Shown: positions 9,351-18,776 of the stretch, in pieces | How the letters are laid out: each line of letters begins with the position of its first letter | Numbering within the stretch: position 1 is the stretch's first letter | DNA from: Anaerolineae bacterium | Lineage (GTDB): Bacteria > Chloroflexota > Anaerolineae > Aggregatilineales > Phototrophicaceae | Direction of reading: 5' to 3' | Assembly: GCA_034421915.1 (NCBI GenBank) | Contig: DAOUKA010000187.1 | Location: forward strand, 6,776-70,775 | DNA length: 64,000 nt | The notes under the pieces: generated by a model | Told to the model about the DNA's origin: nothing | What the model saw: the letters and a program-made list of their open reading frames with translations, nothing else | The model's database searches: none | Program-made: the position numbers and the translations under genes

Positions 9351-9821
9351 ATGTCTACGGTATTGGCACTATTATTGATTGCGGTGTCTCTTCTGTTTAT
9401 TCGCGCTGCGCTGGTGACGCTGGGGTTTTATAAAGAACCTATTTTGACGGCCTTTCAGCATTATGGGGATGAAGTCGGATTCAGTCCACTCTTTGAAGCC
9501 TTCTGGTGGGGATGTGTGCTGACCTATCTGTTCTTTCTGCTGGCTGTTCCATCTTCGTTTCTGGTGCTGTTCGGCGTCATCCTGTTTTCGCTTTCTGTCA
9601 TGCTGTATTGGAAAATCAAAGACAGCATTATGAGGCATCCAAAGATATTTTTGAAGTTTCCGCGCTGGTATCGTGAGATTGTCGACCACACCTCACGCGA
9701 AGAAAGGCGCAAGCTCTCTTATATGTGGCTGGGTTTGCCACTGCGAACTCGTCTGCTGTATAACGCCCAGCATGATGAGTTTCGCAAGTGGGTCGAACTT
9801 GTTGTGCTGTCCGTCGCCTGA
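9351..9821 (+). CDS. small membrane protein, unknown function
   Basis: 156 aa with 3-4 hydrophobic segments and a basic C-terminal half. Supported only by ORF length and hydrophobicity pattern. Confidence 0.45.
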   Translation: MSTVLALLLIAVSLLFIRAALVTLGFYKEPILTAFQHYGDEVGFSPLFEAFWWGCVLTYLFFLLAVPSSFLVLFGVILFSLSVMLYWKIKDSIMRHPKIFLKFPRWYREIVDHTSREERRKLSYMWLGLPLRTRLLYNAQHDEFRKWVELVVLSVA

Positions 9822-9835
9822 TATGCTGTTGGTTT

Positions 9836-9907
9836 CTGGGAGACCTGGACTCGAACCAGGAATGGCGGATCCAGAATCCGCTGTTTTGCCGATTAAACTA
9901 TCTCCCA
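9836..9907 (-). tRNA. tRNA-Gln (anticodon CUG)
   Basis: 72-nt cloverleaf folded by hand. Acceptor UGGGAGA/UCUCCCA with a U1-A72 pair and discriminator G. D arm GUUU-AAUCGGCA-AAAC. Anticodon arm GCGGA-UUCUGGA-UCCGC. T arm CCUGG-UUCGAGU-CCAGG. CCA is not encoded. Confidence 0.9.
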
Positions 9908-9949
9908 AAGTAATCCTATCTTACCGCATTCCCCGCGAGATTTCAAGGC

Positions 9950-11443
9950 TCAAGTGTCTTGCGCCAGCGATTCAATCGCCAATTCAATGCGGCGGATGGA
10001 TTCAGCTTTGCCCAGTATCTCCATTGTTTCAAAGGTCGGGGGGGATACCCTTTGTCCGGTGACCGCCGCGCGAAGACTGCCGAACACCTGACCATTCTTG
10101 AAGCCGATTTCTTTGGCGAAGGCTTTCATCGCCTCATACTGGCTCTGGTGTGAAAAGTCAGCCAGCCCCTCCAGCACAGGAAGCGCGGCTTGCAGCAGCC
10201 GAAGGGTGTTGCTGGCATCCATCTTCTTTTGAATCAGAATGTCCAGCGGGGGCGGCGCGAACCTGTCCCAGCTGTCAAAGAAGAAACCAGCCATCTCCAC
10301 GGCAGCATTCAAGGTCTTGAGGCGAACTTGCAGCAGTGGAACAACGCGGCGCAGGCGCTCATCATCAACCGAGTAGCCATCTCTTTCCAGGGTGTCCTTG
10401 AGCAGAGGCGTCAAGTCATCGACATCGGCACGTTGGATATACTGCCCATTGAGCCAATCCAGTTTGGCGATGGGGTAGGCACTGTTGGCTGGATTGACAT
10501 CTTTCAAATCGAAGCGCTGGATTGCCTGTGCTGTGGTGAAAATTTCCTGATTGCCGCCGAAGTTCCAGCCGATGTTGGTCAGGAAGTTCATCACGGCTTG
10601 CGGCAAATAGCCGGCGGCGATGAATTCATGCACCAGCACGGGCACATTCGTCCCGTCCGCATCTGCAAATCTGGCTTTGCGTTTGCTGAGCTTGCCCTTG
10701 CCATTAGGATTGAGCAGCACCGGTAGATGAGCGAAGCGCGGTTTTGCCCAGCCGAGCGCATCCCAGATTTGCAGATGCAAGGGGAAGGAAGGCAGCCATT
10801 CGACGGCACGGGTGATGTGTGAGATTGCCATGTGATGGTCGTCGACGATATGGGCGAGATGGTAGGTCGGGAATCCATCGGACTTGAGCAGGACGGCATC
10901 TTGCAGCCGCGCATTGTCAAATTCGATTCGTCCGCGAATGATGTCTTCGCCAAGGGTTTTGCCTGCCAGCGGCATTTTGAAGCGGATGACATAGGGCATC
11001 CCCGCAGCTTCCAGCCGCGCCACAGTCTCCGCCGGGGTGTCACGATAGCGGCGGTCATAACCGCCCCCGGCCTGACGCATGGCTTCAAGTTCTTCCGCGC
11101 TGGCAAAGCACTTGTAGGCATGGCCATGGTCAACCAGCCAATGCGCCCATTTTTGATACAGTTCAAGCCGTTCGGACTGAATATAGGGGCCGTAATCACC
11201 GCCATGCCGCGGGCCTTCATCAATATCCATCCCCAGCCAGTCGAAAGCCTCAAGGATGAGTTCGAGGGAGCCAGGGATAAAACGTTTGCGGTCGGTATCT
11301 TCGATGCGCAAGATAAATTGACCGCCATGACGGCGGGCGAATAACCAGGCAAACAGGGCCGAGCGCATCCCGCCTATATGCTGCGGTCCGGTCGGGCTGG
11401 GGGCATAACGGGTGCGCACCGGGCGGCTTTCGCTGTTCTTCAA
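9950..11443 (-). CDS. gltX: glutamate--tRNA ligase
   Basis: PSPTGPQHIGGMRSAL (HIGH-type motif), ILRIEDTD and KLSKRK (KMSKS). Start trimmed to TTG 11443, 7 nt after AAGGAGG; the 572-aa ORF would overlap rodA. Confidence 0.93.
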   Translation of the reverse strand: MKNSESRPVRTRYAPSPTGPQHIGGMRSALFAWLFARRHGGQFILRIEDTDRKRFIPGSLELILEAFDWLGMDIDEGPRHGGDYGPYIQSERLELYQKWAHWLVDHGHAYKCFASAEELEAMRQAGGGYDRRYRDTPAETVARLEAAGMPYVIRFKMPLAGKTLGEDIIRGRIEFDNARLQDAVLLKSDGFPTYHLAHIVDDHHMAISHITRAVEWLPSFPLHLQIWDALGWAKPRFAHLPVLLNPNGKGKLSKRKARFADADGTNVPVLVHEFIAAGYLPQAVMNFLTNIGWNFGGNQEIFTTAQAIQRFDLKDVNPANSAYPIAKLDWLNGQYIQRADVDDLTPLLKDTLERDGYSVDDERLRRVVPLLQVRLKTLNAAVEMAGFFFDSWDRFAPPPLDILIQKKMDASNTLRLLQAALPVLEGLADFSHQSQYEAMKAFAKEIGFKNGQVFGSLRAAVTGQRVSPPTFETMEILGKAESIRRIELAIESLAQDT

Positions 11444-11472
11444 GGGCGGTCCTCCTTTTGCTTGAGTGTTCG

Positions 11473-12582
11473 TCAAATTCGGGTATTGATGCGCCTGCGG
11501 CGCATGATGACGCTTTCGACCAAGCCAATGCCGACCATCGTGAACAGCAGGGAAGTCCCCCCGGAGCTCACGAAGGGCAGGGTGAGGCCGGTCACGGGCA
11601 ATAAGGCCAGGTTCATACCGATAGATACAACCGTCTGAAAGAAAATCATGGCGGCGACGCCATAGCAAATCATGCTGCCGAGCGGGTCATTGGCCTCGCG
11701 TGCGCCTTTCAGGATGCGGGACAAGACCAGCATGAACAAGCCGAGAATGGCGACCCCGCCCGCCATGCCAAACTCATGCGCGATAACGCTGAAAATGAAA
11801 TCGGTGTGGCGCACGCGCAGAAAGCGCCCGGTGTTTTGCGGTCCCACAGCATATCCCTTGCCAAACACACCGCCAGAGCCGATGCTAATCAAAGCCTGGT
11901 CAATGTTAAAGAAGGCATCGGGATCCCTTTGGGGATTGATGAAGGTCAGGATGCGCGATTTTTGATAATCTGCCAGTTGGGTGTAGACAAAGGGCAGCAG
12001 GAGAAGCCCGACTGCTGTGAACATGGCAATATGGCGCAGCCTGAAACCGGCTGACCAGATAATCACCGCCCAGATAACGAGGAAAACGATGGTTGTACCC
12101 AAGTCTGGCTGAGAAAAAATGAGCGCGGCGGGTATGGCGACATGCGCCAGCGACCGAAACACGGCTGAGAGTTTGTCGAGATGTTGATAGCGGTCGGCAA
12201 GATGTTGTGACAAGGTGATAATCAGGATGATTTTGCCGATTTCGGAGGGTTGAATGCGAATCCCCAGATTGAGCCAGCGCTGGGCGCCGCCAGCGCCCTC
12301 GACGCCGAAAGACTCGACCATCACCAGCAGAATGACCATCACCGCATATAACCACGGGCTAAGCCCGCCCAGAAGCCGATAGTCGATGGCTGCGAATATC
12401 AAGGTGGCGACAATGCCAGCCAGCGCGAAATTGATTTGATCTCGCACGCGGCGGATGATGTCATCATCAATGGCGTCCTGGGTTGCGCTCGCAATCATCA
12501 GAATGCCGAAAATGACCAGAATGAGTGTGGCGGCGAATAACACAAAGTCAAAGCGCCGCCAGATGCCTGTGTTGTCTGCCAT
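11473..12582 (-). CDS. rodA: SEDS-family peptidoglycan polymerase (RodA by context)
   Basis: FtsW/RodA/SpoVE pattern, about 10 TM segments. GSGGVFGKGY and HTDFIFSVIAHEFG motifs. Lies in the mre/mrd/min array. Confidence 0.85.
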   Translation of the reverse strand: MADNTGIWRRFDFVLFAATLILVIFGILMIASATQDAIDDDIIRRVRDQINFALAGIVATLIFAAIDYRLLGGLSPWLYAVMVILLVMVESFGVEGAGGAQRWLNLGIRIQPSEIGKIILIITLSQHLADRYQHLDKLSAVFRSLAHVAIPAALIFSQPDLGTTIVFLVIWAVIIWSAGFRLRHIAMFTAVGLLLLPFVYTQLADYQKSRILTFINPQRDPDAFFNIDQALISIGSGGVFGKGYAVGPQNTGRFLRVRHTDFIFSVIAHEFGMAGGVAILGLFMLVLSRILKGAREANDPLGSMICYGVAAMIFFQTVVSIGMNLALLPVTGLTLPFVSSGGTSLLFTMVGIGLVESVIMRRRRINTRI

Positions 12583-12785
12583 TGGGCTGCTTGATATGAA
12601 AACCTGTGATGCCTTTGCCTGATTATAGCCAAGGCATGACGTCGGGACAGGGTTGGATTCCGTTTGTTTCCTGATAAATGGCGATGAACTGGACTTTGAG
12701 TGCAGCTTGACGGGGATATTGCAGCACAGTATCTGCTTCAGTCGATTGGAAGTGGACCCCTTGAACGGATGTCAAGGGATGTCGC

Positions 12786-13130
12786 TTACTCGTCGTCTGC
12801 ATCGGGTTTTATATCTGCCTTCGGCTCTTTCGCGTCCGCCTTTGGCTCATCCACTATATCGACTATAGGTCTGGATTCCTTGACGAAAGGGATTTCGGCA
12901 ATGAGCTTGCTGTGGCTGTGGTCGCGCTGTTCCAATGCAATTTCTACACGATCGCTGTCGATGACAAGATACTTGACAATCACTGCCAGAATATCCCGTT
13001 TCATTTCCTCCATTCGTTCAGGTGGGAGGTTGATGCGGTCATGCTGTAGAACAAAGCGCAGTCGGTCTCTGGCAATTGCCCCTGTTCCTTGCCGGGTGCG
13101 TCTGAATAAACGGTCTAAAAAGCTCGCCAT
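12786..13130 (-). CDS. minE: cell division topological specificity factor MinE
   Basis: N-terminus MASFLDRLFRR...ARDRLRFVLQHDR. An extra 25-aa K/D/E/P-rich tail carries EPKAD repeats. Confidence 0.85.
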   Translation of the reverse strand: MASFLDRLFRRTRQGTGAIARDRLRFVLQHDRINLPPERMEEMKRDILAVIVKYLVIDSDRVEIALEQRDHSHSKLIAEIPFVKESRPIVDIVDEPKADAKEPKADIKPDADDE

Positions 13131-13172
13131 GGAAACATCCTTCTGTGGTATAAACTGCCCTGGGTGATTGTC

Positions 13173-13970
13173 CTATCGACCATCAAAAAATCTTGCAATG
13201 CGCCAAAAGAAACCACGATTTTCTTCGAGGTTCATCAGGGGTACATCTTCGCCTGTTATCCGCCGCGCGATATTGGTGAATGCGACCCCGGCCTGCGAGT
13301 TCGAGTTCAGCGTGACCGGTATCCCGCTGTTTGATGCCGAAAGGACATATCTGTCTTCGGGGATAATGCCAATGACTGACAGCCCGAGAATATCAATGAT
13401 GTCGTCGGCGGAAAGCATTTCGCCCTTTTTGACCATATCCGTTTTGAGGCGGTTGATGATAAGTTTGCCTGGGCCTTTGTTGGCGGCTTCAATGAGCCCA
13501 ATGATGCGGTCGGCATCGCGGACGGCAGAGATTTCCGGGTTGGTCACGATTAAGACTTCGTTGGCAGGCGCCAGCGCGTTGCGAAAACCGCGTTCAATGC
13601 CAGCAGGTGAATCAATCAGGATGTAATGGAAGTCCTCGCGCAGTTTATCGGCAAGTTCAATCATATCGTTGGGACTCACAGCCATTTTGTCACGGGTTTG
13701 CGCCGCTGGGATGAGATGCAAATCGGTGAATTTTTTATGTTTAATCATCGCCTGTCGCAGTTTGCTGCGGCCTTCCACCACGTCAACAAGGTCGTAGACA
13801 ATGCGGTTTTCCAAGCCCATGATTACATCAAGATTGCGCAGCCCGATATCGGCATCAATCACAATGACCTTTTTGCCGAGGCTCGCTAGGGATATTCCCA
13901 GATTGGCAGTGGCAGTCGTCTTGCCGACGCCGCCTTTGCCAGATGTAATCGTTATAACTTTTCCCGCCAT
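13173..13970 (-). CDS. minD: septum site-determining ATPase MinD
   Basis: Deviant Walker A SGKGGVGKTT, VIDADIGLRNLD, and a C-terminal amphipathic helix. Confidence 0.95.
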   Translation of the reverse strand: MAGKVITITSGKGGVGKTTATANLGISLASLGKKVIVIDADIGLRNLDVIMGLENRIVYDLVDVVEGRSKLRQAMIKHKKFTDLHLIPAAQTRDKMAVSPNDMIELADKLREDFHYILIDSPAGIERGFRNALAPANEVLIVTNPEISAVRDADRIIGLIEAANKGPGKLIINRLKTDMVKKGEMLSADDIIDILGLSVIGIIPEDRYVLSASNSGIPVTLNSNSQAGVAFTNIARRITGEDVPLMNLEENRGFFWRIARFFDGR

Positions 13971-13988
13971 GTACTATCCTTTCTCGGT

Positions 13989-14708
13989 TTAGCCTCGGGC
14001 TTCTACAATAATATGGTTATCACGAATCAGCGCAACCTCTGGCACGATATTTTCGCGTTTGTCCGGCGGCGAGGTAACAATGTAGCCGGCGATGCGCAGC
14101 TGACTGGGGTTCATATCCAGTGCGCAGACAATGGCGGCTTCGTTGCCTTCGGCGCCCGCATGAACTGTTCCGCGCAGCTTGCCCCAGACGATAATATCCC
14201 CGGCGGCAATGACCTTGGCGCCAGGATTGACATCGCCAATCACGACAACATGTCCATGACTGTGAATGGTGCGCCCGGAGCGCAGCGTGCGCCGAAACAG
14301 GACGCCCTGCGTGCCGGTTTCTTCCGGGTTTATCGGCATGGTTTCTGTCGGGTTCACCAACATGGCATTTCGCGTTGGCGGGTGCGGAGCCTGATGATTG
14401 CTTTGGGTCTTCAAATCCAGCGCAAAGGCAGATTCTCTGGTGGTGTCGCTGTCGCTCACGACCATGGTCAATGTTAATCCGCGGCGTTCGAGCAGCGCCT
14501 TGAGCGAACTGAGTTCGTATTTGGGTACGGGCCGGTTGCCGAGTTGGACAGTGATATTGGCGCCCGCATAGAAATCAGCTTTTTCGTCAATCCGCGCCGC
14601 CAGATAATCGGTGACGGTTTGCCATTTTTCGGTTGTGCTGAGGCTAATCAACAAACCACCTCCGATACCCTTGATTGTAGCGAGCTCATCTTCCATTGTT
14701 ATTGGCAT
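13989..14708 (-). CDS. minC: septum site-determining protein MinC
   Basis: C-terminal beta-helix GDVNPGAKVIAAGDIIVWGKLRGTVHAGAEG...QLRIAGY. Lies 18 nt upstream of minD. Confidence 0.88.
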   Translation of the reverse strand: MPITMEDELATIKGIGGGLLISLSTTEKWQTVTDYLAARIDEKADFYAGANITVQLGNRPVPKYELSSLKALLERRGLTLTMVVSDSDTTRESAFALDLKTQSNHQAPHPPTRNAMLVNPTETMPINPEETGTQGVLFRRTLRSGRTIHSHGHVVVIGDVNPGAKVIAAGDIIVWGKLRGTVHAGAEGNEAAIVCALDMNPSQLRIAGYIVTSPPDKRENIVPEVALIRDNHIIVEARG

Positions 14709-14746
14709 CCAATTCCGCGATTATTTTTTTAACAGGGAACAAGTCT

Positions 14747-14775
14747 ACTATACTCATTTTTGAAATATGTGCGAA
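14747..14775 (-). promoter_or_regulatory. possible promoter TTCGCA-17-TATAGT for minCDE
   Basis: Read on the minus strand, with -35 at 14770-14775 and -10 at 14747-14752. Lies in the 87-nt gap upstream of minC. Confidence 0.3.
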
Positions 14776-14795
14776 CTTTTGCAGGAACTTTGAGA

Positions 14796-15887
14796 TTATA
14801 TGATATTCCAAAGCAAAATGGCAGGCAAAAGTAGATAAAGCGCCGAGACAATATGCGTCCACAGAGCCGTCTCGCTTTCCATCGTCTTGTTCACCCACTG
14901 TCCAAATGCGCTGACTGCATAAGTCATCCACATCACCTGAACAATAATGAGCGGCAGGAGCAGGATTTCACGGAAGCTGCCCAGGTACACCAAGCCGAAG
15001 AAAGTATAAGCGCCATAAGCTATCATCGTGACTGTGCCGAGCGGCGGATACCAGCGCGAAAGACGCGCCAGCCCAATCACAGCTAGGACGATGCCGGCCA
15101 TGCCGAACTGACCCATCAAAAGCTGACCGAGTTCAATCCAGTTGGCCGCTTCCCGCCAGTGCCACAGATTGACAAGTGGCGGCTGTGGCAGCAGATAGGC
15201 ATTGCCCAGCAAGACCAGGCCGATGCCGGTGGCTGCCAGCACGGTGACCCAATACCAGATCGGCAGCCTGGCATAAGACAAAAACAATCCCAGCAAAATC
15301 GCCGGGGCGAAGAGGGTAACAAGCGGGTCGTTGACCATGCCAATGCTGAACAAAAAGAGCAGTCCGAATGTATGATAGGGTTTGGGTGCCTGGGGAGGTT
15401 TGGCACCCGGCCGCGGGTTGGTCAGCAGAAGCATGTCAACCAGCAGATACATCAGCCAAGCGGTGACAAAACCTGTCAGACGCAGACTTTGAGAAGTGCC
15501 GATCTGACTCCAGAAAATGATGAGAAACACCACAATGCCCAGTCCAATCCCCAGATCATTGCGCCTTGACAATAACGCAGCCACAACCATAACGCCCAGG
15601 GCGATGCCTAGGGCGATGACGATGGTGGCTGGTTGGGATGCACTGCCGCCGGTTTGTGACCAGAAAATCGGGCATAAGGCCAAGGTTAAGCCGCCAGCCA
15701 TCGAGGCGATGAATCCCATTTGCCGCATGGCAGCTGTCACGCCCAATATGACCAGCGCCAGACCCGACGCGCGGGAAATGGGCGTTTCTCCCACAATTAG
15801 GAGCAGCAGCCATGCCAGCCCGGCAGCCATCAGAGCGGGACCCCAGTAACGTGCCGCTTGAATCATCTTTGCGCTCAAGAGATGCAC
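14796..15887 (-). CDS. polytopic membrane protein of unknown function
   Basis: 363 aa with about 10 hydrophobic segments and a repeated IFWSQxGxS motif. GTG 15887 immediately follows the mrdA TAA; an alternative ATG is at 15866. Confidence 0.6.
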   Translation of the reverse strand: MHLLSAKMIQAARYWGPALMAAGLAWLLLLIVGETPISRASGLALVILGVTAAMRQMGFIASMAGGLTLALCPIFWSQTGGSASQPATIVIALGIALGVMVVAALLSRRNDLGIGLGIVVFLIIFWSQIGTSQSLRLTGFVTAWLMYLLVDMLLLTNPRPGAKPPQAPKPYHTFGLLFLFSIGMVNDPLVTLFAPAILLGLFLSYARLPIWYWVTVLAATGIGLVLLGNAYLLPQPPLVNLWHWREAANWIELGQLLMGQFGMAGIVLAVIGLARLSRWYPPLGTVTMIAYGAYTFFGLVYLGSFREILLLPLIIVQVMWMTYAVSAFGQWVNKTMESETALWTHIVSALYLLLPAILLWNII

Positions 15888-18191
15888 TTATCGCTCATTT
15901 CTCAGGTCGGATTCGGACAATGCCAAACCCTCGCGCTCATTTTTCAGACGAAAATAAGCCTCCATGGTTCGCTTGACAATCGGCAGGGCGACCTGCGAGC
16001 CCTCGCCACCATTATAAGCGAAAGCGAGAATAATGACTTCGGGATTTTCATAAGGCGCATAACCCGTGAACCAAGCGTGGGCGGGCCATTGCCCTGGCAC
16101 GCAAAGGTTGAGCGAATTGGCGATGTCGTCACAATACTCGGCTGTGCCGGTTTTGCCAGCAACCTCAACAAAGGGCAGTTCCGCAGTTTGCGCCGTGCCA
16201 CCTTCTGCGGTTACTGCCTGTCTCATGCCTTCCATGACCAAAGCCAAAGTCTCGGATGATAAAAAGGGCGGGATATAAGGCGTTGTGCTGCGGAAGCGGA
16301 GCGGCTGGCAGACCGAGCCGTTGAAGGTGTAATTCAAGGGGATGTGAATGCGGTAACTGTGCATATCCTCAATACCCAGATCTGGGTTGAGGTCAACGGC
16401 ATTGCGATACCCCTGTGGGTCACAGCGATTGCTGTCGTACCATGGCGAGTTTTCTTCACAGATGCAAGCCAGGCTTGTTGGGCCTTTCATCAGCATATCT
16501 TCCAGCAGCAGCAGGGTCAGTTCTTCATTGGGGGACATGGCCTCTCGATTGATAGTGCGCAGGATTTTGGCTTCAAAGGGCTCGATGATGCGCCTTTCTT
16601 CGTCCAGAAAATCGCGGATGATGGTGGGCTGATAAAGGACGCCGCCGTTGATGGTTGCCGATACGGCCGCGATAAGCTGCAAGGGCGTGACATCGACGTA
16701 TCCCTGCCCGAAAGCGGCGTTATAGGTATCGCCAGTTGACCAGTTTTCCCCCTGGTTGCGCCTTTTCCAATCGCGGTCGGGCATACGCCCCGGATTCTCG
16801 AATGGCAGTTCGATGCCAAGCTCGCTGCCGATGCCCAATGCGGTCGCATAACGAAAGAGATCTTCAATCCCCAGGCCACCAGGGCGCAGGGTCTGTGGTG
16901 ACAGGTCGGGATTGCCGCCGCCAATCTGATAGAAATAAACATCGCAACTCCAGGCGATGCCCTGCAACAGATTAACGCGCCCATGTCCGCTGCGCAGCCA
17001 GCAAACAAAGCGCTGGGATGCAGCCGGGTCGTTAGGCGCGTAACGATTTTCCAGGAGCAGCGACCCCTCATCGAGCAGCTGTGTATTGGGGTCAATCACA
17101 TTTTCTTCGACAACTGCCGCTGCCGTAATTACCTTCCAAACCGAACCTGGCGGGTACTTGCTTTTAATGGTGTTGTTGACCAGAGGGCGGAGCGGGTCAT
17201 CGATGAGGTCAAGGTAGTATTCGCCGTCGATGACGCGGGAAAAGCGCGTGTTGTCATAGCCAGGATAGCTGACCAGAGCCAGAATCTCGCCACTGCGCGG
17301 ATCCATGGCGATAACGACTCCCTGCTGAGAGACAATCCGTTTTGCTGCGGTGTTCAGTTGGTTTAGCTGGTCGATAAGCGCCTGCTGGGCGACTGCTTGC
17401 AGTTCGGTGTCGATGGTCAGACGCACATTCTGGCCGGGCATCGGGTCAACCTGGTCAATCACATTGATTTCTTCGCCAGCGACATCCACCTCGCGCAGGA
17501 TAAAGCCGCGTTCGCCCGCTAGACGCGATTCGAGAAAACGTTCCACGCCCTCGTAGCCGATGCGGTCAAAGGCGGGATTATAGCCTTGTTCAATCAAGGC
17601 TTCCGCCTCTTCAGCCGGGATGGGACCCATATAGCCGACGATATGCGTCGTCAGTTCACCTGTGGGGTATTCACGCACGGCGGCAATATCAATATCTACG
17701 CCCGACATGTAAATGCGCTCTTCGAGGATTTGCATGGCAACGCGCTGCGGCACATCCAGCGCCACGATAACCGGGCGGAAAGGCGCAATCCCTTCGCCCT
17801 CATCGACCAGTTCCTCGATGCTGCGTACAAACTGTCCAGCTTGGTCGGCAATTTCGCGGGTGGGTGGGATGCCGACAAGCGCTGACAGACGATTAAAAAT
17901 TTCGAGTTCGCCGGCTTCATCCCCTGGCAGTTCCGCCGGAATGATGGTGACGTTGAAAGCTGGCACGTTAAAAGCCAGACGATTGTCGTTGCGGTCAAAG
18001 ATGGCGCCGCGCCGTGATGGAATCGGCAGCTGGCTGAGGCGGTTTGCGTCGGCACGACTTTCGTAATACGCGCTGTCGACGACCTGAAATTGGTACATGC
18101 GAATGACAAACACCAGAAATACCGCCAGAATGACAGCTTGAAAGAAGCTCAAGCGCCAGGTTTGGAATGGGATAAGGCGGTTGGATTTCAC
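15888..18191 (-). CDS. mrdA: penicillin-binding protein 2 (elongasome transpeptidase)
   Basis: N-terminal TM anchor and PBP dimerisation domain. SxxK in PPGSVWKV, S-x-D in WSCDVY, and KTG in GKTGTA. GTG start overlaps the mreD stop (GTGA). Confidence 0.9.
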   Translation of the reverse strand: MKSNRLIPFQTWRLSFFQAVILAVFLVFVIRMYQFQVVDSAYYESRADANRLSQLPIPSRRGAIFDRNDNRLAFNVPAFNVTIIPAELPGDEAGELEIFNRLSALVGIPPTREIADQAGQFVRSIEELVDEGEGIAPFRPVIVALDVPQRVAMQILEERIYMSGVDIDIAAVREYPTGELTTHIVGYMGPIPAEEAEALIEQGYNPAFDRIGYEGVERFLESRLAGERGFILREVDVAGEEINVIDQVDPMPGQNVRLTIDTELQAVAQQALIDQLNQLNTAAKRIVSQQGVVIAMDPRSGEILALVSYPGYDNTRFSRVIDGEYYLDLIDDPLRPLVNNTIKSKYPPGSVWKVITAAAVVEENVIDPNTQLLDEGSLLLENRYAPNDPAASQRFVCWLRSGHGRVNLLQGIAWSCDVYFYQIGGGNPDLSPQTLRPGGLGIEDLFRYATALGIGSELGIELPFENPGRMPDRDWKRRNQGENWSTGDTYNAAFGQGYVDVTPLQLIAAVSATINGGVLYQPTIIRDFLDEERRIIEPFEAKILRTINREAMSPNEELTLLLLEDMLMKGPTSLACICEENSPWYDSNRCDPQGYRNAVDLNPDLGIEDMHSYRIHIPLNYTFNGSVCQPLRFRSTTPYIPPFLSSETLALVMEGMRQAVTAEGGTAQTAELPFVEVAGKTGTAEYCDDIANSLNLCVPGQWPAHAWFTGYAPYENPEVIILAFAYNGGEGSQVALPIVKRTMEAYFRLKNEREGLALSESDLRNER

Positions 18192-18775
18192 AAGGCTGCC
18201 CCCGCGCCAGGTTCCTGGGGGAGAGTCATTGGAGCGGCTTGCGGCCGCCCTTCCAGTCGGCTTTGCATCAAGCGCACAAAACCATACACTGGCAAAACTG
18301 CTGCCAGATTGTAGAGGATGGTCGGCATCAGGACAAGTTGAATCAGCGACGGGAGGTGATAGGCGTTGCCAAGCAAGACCAGGCTTTGATAAGTAAAGAA
18401 CTGGAAAAAGAGCGTTGACAGAGCGGTCATAATGAGAATCGAGATAAGGCTGACTTGATACAACTGCTGCGCGATGGTGTTGACCGCAAAGGCAATCAAG
18501 ACGAGGGCAAAGGAGGATGCGCCAAGCGGCAAGACCGACAGCAAATCGATAGCCATCCCGCCGACAAATGCCCAGACAAAGCTGTCAGTCAGACTGGCGC
18601 GGATTGACCAGGTTATCACCAGAAGCAGCACTAGGCTGACCTGTCCATGCGTGTTTTCCAGAGCGGGTGTGAGGTTTCCCAACACCGAAACGGCAAAGCC
18701 AATCATGCGCGGGATGACCGTGGCGGACAAGGCCGCCGCCAGACCCAAAATTGGCAGGCTCAGGTAGCGCCCCAT
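18188..18775 (-). CDS. mreD: rod shape-determining protein MreD
   Basis: About 195 aa with 5-6 TM segments, positioned between mreC and mrdA. Start trimmed to ATG 18775, 1 nt after the mreC TAG. Confidence 0.65.
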   Translation of the reverse strand: MGRYLSLPILGLAAALSATVIPRMIGFAVSVLGNLTPALENTHGQVSLVLLLVITWSIRASLTDSFVWAFVGGMAIDLLSVLPLGASSFALVLIAFAVNTIAQQLYQVSLISILIMTALSTLFFQFFTYQSLVLLGNAYHLPSLIQLVLMPTILYNLAAVLPVYGFVRLMQSRLEGRPQAAPMTLPQEPGAGAAL

Positions 18776-18776
18776 G

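Noticed and set aside
9950-11668. The full 572-aa ORF as the gltX gene.
   Set aside because: Its first 75 or so codons overlap the 3' end of rodA and look non-protein-like. A TTG 7 nt after AAGGAGG gives a normal-length GluRS starting MKNSESRPVRTRYAPSPTG.
12583-12785. Two hairpins in the minE-rodA gap: ATGCCTT-N16-AAGGCAT near 12610-12640 and CCCTTGA-N7-TCAAGGG near 12757-12779.
   Set aside because: Neither is followed by a U-tract on the coding strand, so I cannot call a terminator. A processing or regulatory role would be pure speculation.
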